The notes beneath the pieces were generated by a model that was given only the letters and a program-made list of their open reading frames with translations, searched no databases and was not told the origin of the DNA. From an uncultured Gammaproteobacteria bacterium (GTDB lineage Bacteria > Patescibacteriota > Patescibacteriia > CAYYDP01): a stretch of DNA of 27,323 nucleotides. The stretch lies in the NCBI GenBank assembly GCA_964470645.1, contig CAYYDP010000016.1, positions 1 through 27,323 on the forward strand. The letters run 5' to 3'. The translations under genes were made by a program, and so were the position numbers. Below, in pieces: positions 9,204 to 14,556 of this stretch; position 1 is the first letter of the stretch, and each line of letters begins with the position of its first letter.

Positions 9204-11777
9204 TCACTTTTTTTCAAATATGAAAACACTATTTGATCCAATTTGTTTCACGTCTGCCAGATCAGCAAGCGTTATTTTTGATTGGGGAGAGATTTTCCAG
9301 TAATCATTTAGCACAAGATAGAGTTCATTGATCTCGTAGGTCTCGAAAATTTCATCAATGAGTTTTTGTGATGGCTCTTTGGTCATTTGTAAGTAATACC
9401 TATGCGCTTGAGACGAGATGGGAATGGAGTAGAAAAATTGAGGGTTTAGTGTTGAGGGCTTTGAGTATAGATTAGTTGAGGAGTCATATCTGCGTTGATC
9501 CGCGTTTTTATCCGCGCCTGCCCCGTAGTGTTCCCATACTTGGGATCTACTACCGGGGTTGATCCGCGTTTTGACGTATTGTGAAAATCCAAACTGATCG
9601 AGAGCTGCTGCGCCGACTGATTGGTTGGCAAGGACGAGATATGGCTTTGAAGCCCGTTCTTCGATTTGTTGGACAGTAGCGAGATCGTCTTGTGAAGTGA
9701 GGTATCCTTTAAAATTCACGAACCGGTCAGAGTGGGGGAATTGAAGGTAAATGTTTGAGACAATAAGAACTGAAAGGAAGATGAAAAAAGAAAGATGGAA
9801 AGTTTTTTTTGATCCATGATCCCCGCCTCGACTCGCTCGCTCGTCGGGCGAGGCGGGCATGATCCATGATCCATGATTGAGGAATAACGGCCATAGAAAT
9901 ACAAGCGAGATTGAGAAGAGGCGCGTGAAGAGTTGGATGTGTTCGCCCGCGGTGACATTTGGTTGGAGATAGAATAGCACGATGAGGGATGATGCAAAGA
10001 TTGAGAGGAAGGAAAGAAGATAGGGTATAGGGTATAGGGTATAGGGTATAGTGAAACTTTCACCATTCCCATGTTCTTCTTCGTCATTCCCGCCCCGACG
10101 CTTTGGTCGGGATAAACTCCAGCGGGAATCCAGAAAAGAAAAGATTGAAGTCTTTTTGTTTTGGTTGTTTACTCCGACGCTTCGGCACCGACGTTCCGAC
10201 CCGAAGACGGCGTCGGAATCGGAGTCCCGACCCGAAGACGGCGTCGGGGTTTCTGGATCCTCGATCAAAGCCGAGGATGACGGGTCTGTTGGTTTTTGTG
10301 TTTTTTTAATTTTTTGAACAGTCGCAAACAAGATAACAATGAAAAACAATAGATAGTAGTTCTTACCAAAAAAATGAATAAATGAAAGTGGGTCGGTATA
10401 GCGGATCCAACTTGGGGCAACGATAGATTTGATTGCGCTGTACGCTTCGGGGTTGAGGTTGATCGAAGTTATTGCAAATTGAGAGTCGAGATTATTATTG
10501 AGGATGAGTGCGCCGGGAATTGCAATTGTGGATGCAATGAAAGCAATGATTACAAGGAATAGGAGCATTGCCTGAACAATGAGTCTTCCAAGCGCTACGT
10601 ATTCGTCGCTTTGAAGTTTCGTGATCGTGGTTTGTGAAATTGAATACATGATGTTCCAACCCAAGAAAACGAATGCGGCAATTCCGGGGAAGGGATGGCA
10701 GAGAAAGGAGGCGAGGGCAAGGAGAGAATAACGTATAAAGGTGTAACGAGACCAATTTCCCACTCGGAAACTCGGCTCGCCAAAAGCGACCAGTTTCGTC
10801 TGCTCTGCCTCAGCGATCACTTGATCACTCGCAGGCGAAACCTGCCTCAAACAGTCCTCGTGGGGAAATTGTCTCACTCCTCCTTTCTCTTGCCAAACGA
10901 GCAGAAGCAAAAGGAGGAGGAAAAAGATTCCTAACGATTGTGGTACAGTCGTCGTAAGAATGGAGAACGGGAGAAGAAAGAAGAAGGCGAGAGATTTATT
11001 TCCAAATGTTTTTTTGAGTAGCCACGGGATAGCGAGGATGACGAGAATGGGTAGGAGGAAAAAATTGATCTGTTTCACTCGAAGTTGTGTTAACGTTGAA
11101 ATGACAGACACAAGTCCGTACTCACCCGAGTAAAGTATGGTTTTTGGTTGGATGTGACCCTCTGTGACAATCGTTTGCTCTGCTGCTCGGTGAACGAAAG
11201 GATCGTAGTCGGTTCCGATGGGGAAGAGGACAGGGAGGATGAGAAAGATTAAAGGGAAGATGATACAAGATAGAAGATACAAGACGCTGTTTGATTGTAA
11301 TTTGGTAATCAGGTAATTAGGTAATTGAGTGATTTGGAATCTTTTATCGAGTTTCACTGATGATGGTAGGTACGTAATGAACACAAGAATCAGTACGGCT
11401 GGTAAGAACCAATTGGGAAGAATGGACCAGACCAGGGGGCTGGATGATGTTGTTTGGAAGTGAGAATAGAAAAAGGCGATGATCAGAACTGCAAGAGGGT
11501 ATAGGGTATAGGGTATAGGGTATAGGTATTTTCTGAACTTCCTCCGTGTCATTGCGAGAAGGCTTTGCGACGAAGCAATCTCATTCTGCCGATGACCGGC
11601 ATTTGAGGTCGTCACACTCATTGCTACTTCGCTCGCGATGACAGTTTTTTTAGCTATCAGTGTTAGTATGATTGAAAGTCCAAGTACTAGCCAGGAAGTG
11701 AGCGTGGTTACTTCAAAAAAAACCACAAGAACACTCGAGAGAATCGTCAGTAAGGAAAGAAAACTGATGTATAGCAT
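9204..11777 (-). CDS. large polytopic membrane protein with a C-terminal soluble domain, interrupted in frame by repeat elements
   Basis: A single 857-aa ORF with many hydrophobic helices. Low-complexity, non-membrane-like stretches coincide exactly with the palindromic elements and heptamer arrays listed separately. No family recognised; a GT-C-like or other membrane enzyme is only a guess. Confidence 0.6.
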   Translation of the reverse strand: MLYISFLSLLTILSSVLVVFFEVTTLTSWLVLGLSIILTLIAKKTVIASEVAMSVTTSNAGHRQNEIASSQSLLAMTRRKFRKYLYPIPYTLYPLAVLIIAFFYSHFQTTSSSPLVWSILPNWFLPAVLILVFITYLPSSVKLDKRFQITQLPNYLITKLQSNSVLYLLSCIIFPLIFLILPVLFPIGTDYDPFVHRAAEQTIVTEGHIQPKTILYSGEYGLVSVISTLTQLRVKQINFFLLPILVILAIPWLLKKTFGNKSLAFFFLLPFSILTTTVPQSLGIFFLLLLLLLVWQEKGGVRQFPHEDCLRQVSPASDQVIAEAEQTKLVAFGEPSFRVGNWSRYTFIRYSLLALASFLCHPFPGIAAFVFLGWNIMYSISQTTITKLQSDEYVALGRLIVQAMLLFLVIIAFIASTIAIPGALILNNNLDSQFAITSINLNPEAYSAIKSIVAPSWIRYTDPLSFIHFFGKNYYLLFFIVILFATVQKIKKTQKPTDPSSSALIEDPETPTPSSGRDSDSDAVFGSERRCRSVGVNNQNKKTSIFSFLDSRWSLSRPKRRGGNDEEEHGNGESFTIPYTLYPIPYLLSFLSIFASSLIVLFYLQPNVTAGEHIQLFTRLFSISLVFLWPLFLNHGSWIMPASPDERASRGGDHGSKKTFHLSFFIFLSVLIVSNIYLQFPHSDRFVNFKGYLTSQDDLATVQQIEERASKPYLVLANQSVGAAALDQFGFSQYVKTRINPGSRSQVWEHYGAGADKNADQRRYDSSTNLYSKPSTLNPQFFYSIPISSQAHRYYLQMTKEPSQKLIDEIFETYEINELYLVLNDYWKISPQSKITLADLADVKQIGSNSVFIFEKK
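9811..9877. repeat. GC-rich hairpin flanked by GATCCAT heptamer repeats, inside the CDS
   Basis: A 9-bp stem, cccgcctcg (9822-9830) pairing with cgaggcggg (9849-9857). gatccat units lie at 9811, 9861 and 9868. It encodes SWIMPASPDERASRGGDHGS between two TM segments. Confidence 0.75.
10020..10052. repeat. (GGGTATA)x4 heptanucleotide tandem array inside the CDS
   Basis: Perfect units at 10023, 10030, 10037 and 10044. They encode IPYTLYPIPY on the minus strand. Confidence 0.9.
10083..10281. repeat. composite ~200-bp GTCAT...ATGAC palindromic element inside the CDS, homologous to the intergenic element downstream of clpB
   Basis: 10083-10131 (gtcattcccgc...gcgggaatcc) matches 26676-24. The A-rich/T-rich core resembles 26786-26835. 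10255-10281 (ggatcctcgatcaaagccgaggatgac) matches 26836-62. It also carries a duplicated hairpin, ccgacccgaagacggcgtcgg x2. Confidence 0.8.
11497..11529. repeat. (GGGTATA)x4 heptanucleotide tandem array inside the CDS, second copy
   Basis: Perfect units at 11497, 11504, 11511 and 11518. They encode YLYPIPYTLYP. Confidence 0.9.
11547..11643. repeat. 97-bp TGTCAT...ATGACA palindromic element inside the CDS
   Basis: tgtcattgcgag...cgaagcaat on the left versus attgctacttcgctcgcgatgaca on the right. It encodes TVIASEVAMSVTTSNAGHRQNEIASSQSLLAMT after the first two TM helices. Confidence 0.75.
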
Positions 11778-11827
11778 ATTCTTATTCTTATACTATCACC
11801 AACCCGGAGAAAGCAGAATATGGGGAA

Positions 11828-11854
11828 TTGGCACTCTTGACATGAGAGTGCCAA
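11828..11854. promoter_or_regulatory. CIRCE operator (HrcA binding site)
   Basis: TTGGCACTC-N9-GAGTGCCAA is a perfect 9-bp inverted repeat with a 9-nt spacer. It differs from the TTAGCACTC-N9-GAGTGCTAA consensus by one position per arm and lies 17 nt upstream of the hrcA ATG. Confidence 0.85.
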
Positions 11855-11865
11855 TTTTTTATTAT
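11837..11865 (+). promoter_or_regulatory. candidate sigma-70-type promoter overlapping CIRCE
   Basis: TTGACA (11837-11842, inside the CIRCE spacer), a 17-nt spacer, then TATTAT (11860-11865). The -10 element ends 6 nt before the hrcA ATG, implying a leaderless or near-leaderless mRNA. Confidence 0.5.
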
Positions 11866-11871
11866 TGACTC

Positions 11872-12573
11872 ATGACCAAGGCACAGAACAATTTAAACGA
11901 ACGAAAATCTGCTCTGTTAAGCCAAATTATTGAAGAGTTTGTTGCCTGTGCCGAACCGGTAGGATCACGTTTGATTGTGGATAAGTACGAATGGGATGTG
12001 TCCCCAGCAACGGTGCGTGCTGAAATGTCGGAGCTCGAAGAAGGGGGATATACAACACACCCCCATACGTCTGCGGGAAGAATGCCGACTGAAAAAGGGT
12101 ATCAGTGGTATGTTTCTTCGCTGGATATTCCTTCCATTCGCGTTTCCTCGAGGTTGAACCAGCGATTGGAAGAGTCGGCATCGAGCGCGGAGGGACAAGA
12201 AAAGATTAAAAAGCTTGCGCGTGAGATTGCCGAAATTGCTACAAACGCCGTCGTGGTTGGTTTTGGTAAACGTGATAGCTACTACACTGGTCTTTCGTAT
12301 CTGTTCAGTCATCCCGAATTTAAGGATATCAATCTTGTGAGATCGTTTTCCGAGATTCTTGATCAGCTTGATGAGGCGTTGAATGGACTTGTTGAATCTT
12401 CCGACGAAACCGCATCCGTGGCGATTGGGAAGAATAATCCGTTTGGTTCCGAATGTTCGTTTGTTTCGAGCAAACTCAAGGGGGAGGAGTGTGTGTTCGG
12501 AATTCTGGGACCGCTGCGAATGGATTACAGACGAAATATTGGATTAATAAATTGGATGAGAGAAAATGTATAA
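11872..12573 (+). CDS. hrcA: heat-inducible transcription repressor HrcA (short form, 233 aa)
   Basis: N-terminal wHTH LNERKSALLSQIIEEFVACAEPVGSRLI...SPATVRAEMSELEEGGY, C-terminal motif GILGPLRMDYRRNIGLI, a CIRCE site immediately upstream and grpE downstream. Confidence 0.85.
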   Translation: MTKAQNNLNERKSALLSQIIEEFVACAEPVGSRLIVDKYEWDVSPATVRAEMSELEEGGYTTHPHTSAGRMPTEKGYQWYVSSLDIPSIRVSSRLNQRLEESASSAEGQEKIKKLAREIAEIATNAVVVGFGKRDSYYTGLSYLFSHPEFKDINLVRSFSEILDQLDEALNGLVESSDETASVAIGKNNPFGSECSFVSSKLKGEECVFGILGPLRMDYRRNIGLINWMRENV

Positions 12574-12584
12574 CAAAGGGTACA

Positions 12585-12669
12585 GCGTTTAGTGTTTAGG
12601 GTGTTAGGGAAGACTCTTTCAACGTACACCATGGTTTTGACTAAACGCTAAGCGCTTTACGCTAAACGT
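12585..12669. repeat. imperfect palindrome with heptad-periodic arms (CGTTTAG-type units), fills the hrcA-grpE spacer
   Basis: Left arm cgtttag tgtttag ggtgttag. Right arm ctaaacg ctaagcg ctttacg ctaaacg. The outermost 7 bp pair perfectly (12586-92 with 12662-68). Confidence 0.7.
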
Positions 12670-12676
12670 ATATTTT

Positions 12677-13276
12677 ATGCTTGATCAAAACATCGAAGAA
12701 AAAAACACAAACCAACAGGAAGCCAACAGTGGTCCCACCCAGTCACAGCAACAGTCACATGATGGTTCACAAGCAGAAATTGAACTCTTAAAGACGCAAG
12801 TTGCGGAGTTAACGAACAATTGGAAACGGGCAGCCGCTGATTTGGCAAATTACAAGAAGCAGATTGAAGAGGAAAAGAAGTCGTGGGCGTTGTTTTCACT
12901 GGTGGGATCGGTTTCACAGTTTTTGCCGATTTTGGATAATATGAATTCAGCACTCGCGGCACAACCAAACCCTGATTCCGTAGATGGTCCGTTTAAACAG
13001 TTTTTGATAGGACTGGGTCACATTCAAAAACAGTTCAGTGACGTGCTTACCCAAATGGGGGTTGTCGAGATCTCTGCCGCGGGAGCAGTGTTCGATCCTT
13101 CCATTCACGAATCCGTGAGTACGGATGGGGAGGTGACGGGGAAGGGCTCACTCGTGGTTGCGTCCGTATTGACAAAGGGATATCAGTTTCAGGGACAGTT
13201 GATTCGTCCAGCGAGAGTCGTGGTGAAAGAGGTGATTGAAAATGTGCCAATGACCGATACGCCAATGAACCAATAA
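12677..13276 (+). CDS. grpE: nucleotide exchange factor GrpE
   Basis: Coiled-coil N-terminal half (LKTQVAELTNNWKRAAADLANYKKQIEEEKK), a GrpE-like C-terminal beta domain (FDPSIHESV...GYQFQGQLIRPARVVV) and position between hrcA and dnaK. Confidence 0.9.
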   Translation: MLDQNIEEKNTNQQEANSGPTQSQQQSHDGSQAEIELLKTQVAELTNNWKRAAADLANYKKQIEEEKKSWALFSLVGSVSQFLPILDNMNSALAAQPNPDSVDGPFKQFLIGLGHIQKQFSDVLTQMGVVEISAAGAVFDPSIHESVSTDGEVTGKGSLVVASVLTKGYQFQGQLIRPARVVVKEVIENVPMTDTPMNQ

Positions 13277-13412
13277 ATTCCAAATAACAAATCACAAATT
13301 CCAAACAAATTCCAATGACCAAATACCAAAATCCAAAATAAAAAAGATCGAATGTTTGGAATTATGAATTTGAGATTTATTTGTGATTTGGTGCTTGGGA
13401 TTTGGGTTTTAA
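13275..13412. repeat. ~138-bp imperfect palindrome, CCAAA-rich 5' arm and TTTGG-rich 3' arm with ~7-nt periodicity
   Basis: 5' arm aaattcc aaataac aaatcac aaattcc ... aaatacc aaaatcc. 3' arm gtttgga attatga atttgag atttatt tgtgatt tggtgct tgggatt tgggttt. It starts on the grpE stop codon. Confidence 0.65.
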
Positions 13413-13473
13413 AGGAAAGTGAGAATAATAAAGGTCGAACTTTTGGTAGAAATATATTGTACATATTAGTACT

Positions 13474-13896
13474 ATGGCACTTATTCGATGGCAACCATTC
13501 AGAGAAATTGAAGAATTTGACGACATGTTTTCCGGTTTTCCGAGCTTAATGCGCGGTGTCTCTTCGTGGGTACCGGCGGTTGACGTCTATCAGGACAAGG
13601 ACAACGTGTACGTCGAATTGGAGGCACCGGGCATTGACGCGGACAAATTGAGTTTGACTGTTGAAAACGACGTGTTGATGGTAGAATACAAGGAAGAGCG
13701 AAAAACAGAAGTCGATGAGAAAAATTACTACCGCAAAGAGATGCGCTCCCGCTCATTTCACCGCTCGATCCCCTTGCCGGCATCTGTCGCGGGGGATAAC
13801 GCTACGGCAACCTACACCAACGGTATTTTATTAGTGACCGTCCCCAAGCGGGAGGAAGTGAAGCCGAAGACTGTTAAAGTGCAGGTGAAGAAATAA
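13474..13896 (+). CDS. small heat-shock protein, Hsp20/alpha-crystallin family
   Basis: 140 aa with an alpha-crystallin core PAVDVYQDKDNVYVELEAPGIDADKLSLTVENDVLMV...FHRSIPLPASV...ATYTNGILLVTVPK. Confidence 0.92.
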   Translation: MALIRWQPFREIEEFDDMFSGFPSLMRGVSSWVPAVDVYQDKDNVYVELEAPGIDADKLSLTVENDVLMVEYKEERKTEVDEKNYYRKEMRSRSFHRSIPLPASVAGDNATATYTNGILLVTVPKREEVKPKTVKVQVKK

Positions 13897-13912
13897 TTCC
13901 ACTGATACGCTG

Positions 13913-13938
13913 TTCCTCTCTCCATGGTGAGAGGGGAA
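13913..13938 (+). other. stem-loop downstream of hsp20 (terminator-like hairpin without a U tract)
   Basis: ttcctctctc pairs with gagaggggaa as a 10-bp stem including one G-U. The loop is about 6-7 nt and no T run follows. Confidence 0.5.
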
Positions 13939-13961
13939 TAGAAATGAGGGGGATGTGATTT

Positions 13962-14135
13962 AAACCCGAAGCACGAAGTACGAAATACGAAAAAAGAATG
14001 CAAAAATCAAATCTCAAAAGTCAAAATGTAAATGCAAAGTGCAAAATTCTCCATTTTGAATTATCATTTTGATATTTGATGTTTGAATTTTGATATTGAG
14101 TTTGTTTCGAGTTTCGATATTCGAATTTCGGATTT
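13962..14135. repeat. 174-bp heptad-periodic palindrome, copy A (paralog at 17491-17657)
   Basis: Nearly identical to copy B. 5' arm cccgaag cacgaag tacgaaa tacgaaa ... tcaaaag tcaaaat. 3' arm attttga ... gtttgaa ttttgat ... gagtttc gatattc gaatttc. It ends 9 nt before ATG 14145. Confidence 0.9.
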
Positions 14136-14144
14136 TTATCTCTT

Positions 14145-14474
14145 ATGTCCAATGATATTCTTAAGTTGAGCGTTGAATTGATCAAGAAGTGTCCCATGTG
14201 CGGTCAGGCGTGCACCCCGGGCGAGGGTGAAGTGTTGGAGACCTCGGACCAGCATTCTGTCACGTTTTTTCGATGTGACGCTTGTCAGAGCTCGTTTTTG
14301 ATGAATCTGATCCACTACCCATTCGGAGTTATTGGCTCGTTATTATTCACGGACCTGAATTCAAAGGAAATCAGGAAATTTCAGCATTCACCCCTTGTGG
14401 ACGAGGATGATGTACTCGAGATACACACAACTATACATAATCAACAAGTCGAAAGATTATTCATGAAACATTGA
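14145..14474 (+). CDS. hypothetical small zinc-ribbon protein (CPMC...CDAC)
   Basis: 109-aa ORF co-directional in the heat-shock cluster with two CxxC pairs. Its ATG sits at the same offset from the palindrome as the dnaJ ATG does from copy B. No family recognised. Confidence 0.5.
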   Translation: MSNDILKLSVELIKKCPMCGQACTPGEGEVLETSDQHSVTFFRCDACQSSFLMNLIHYPFGVIGSLLFTDLNSKEIRKFQHSPLVDEDDVLEIHTTIHNQQVERLFMKH

Positions 14475-14485
14475 TAAATAAAGGT

Positions 14486-14548
14486 TGTCATGGTGAGCCT
14501 GTCGAACCATTACGTTAATGTAGCCCTTCGACTTAGCTCAGGGTGACA
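14486..14548. repeat. REPIN-like inverted doublet of GTCAY-headed stem-loops directly upstream of dnaK
   Basis: tgtcATGGTgagcctgtcgaACCAT ... CCCTtcgacttagctcAGGGtgaca. Two units sit in inverted orientation with a conserved loop GAGCNTGTCGA and different but self-complementary stems. Confidence 0.8.
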
Positions 14549-14556
14549 GAAGAACT

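Noticed and set aside
10051-10317. Plus-strand ORFs 10051..10317, 10103..10309 and 11638..11868, opposite the large membrane-protein gene
   Set aside because: They exist because palindromic elements read open on both strands. Their peptides are repeat-derived (RRR/PKTAS-type) and have no start context.
9811-11643. Inteins or introns as an explanation for the odd segments in the 857-aa ORF
   Set aside because: There are no intein splice-junction or endonuclease motifs and no group I or II intron features. The segments match repeat families that also occur intergenically in this window, so insertion of palindromic elements is the simpler reading.
13962-14135. Possible CRISPR array, given the many short tandem repeats here and at 12585, 13275, 17491 and 26642
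   Set aside because: The units are 7-17 nt, degenerate and contiguous with no unique spacers. The arrays form inverted arms, and no cas genes are present. This is not CRISPR architecture.
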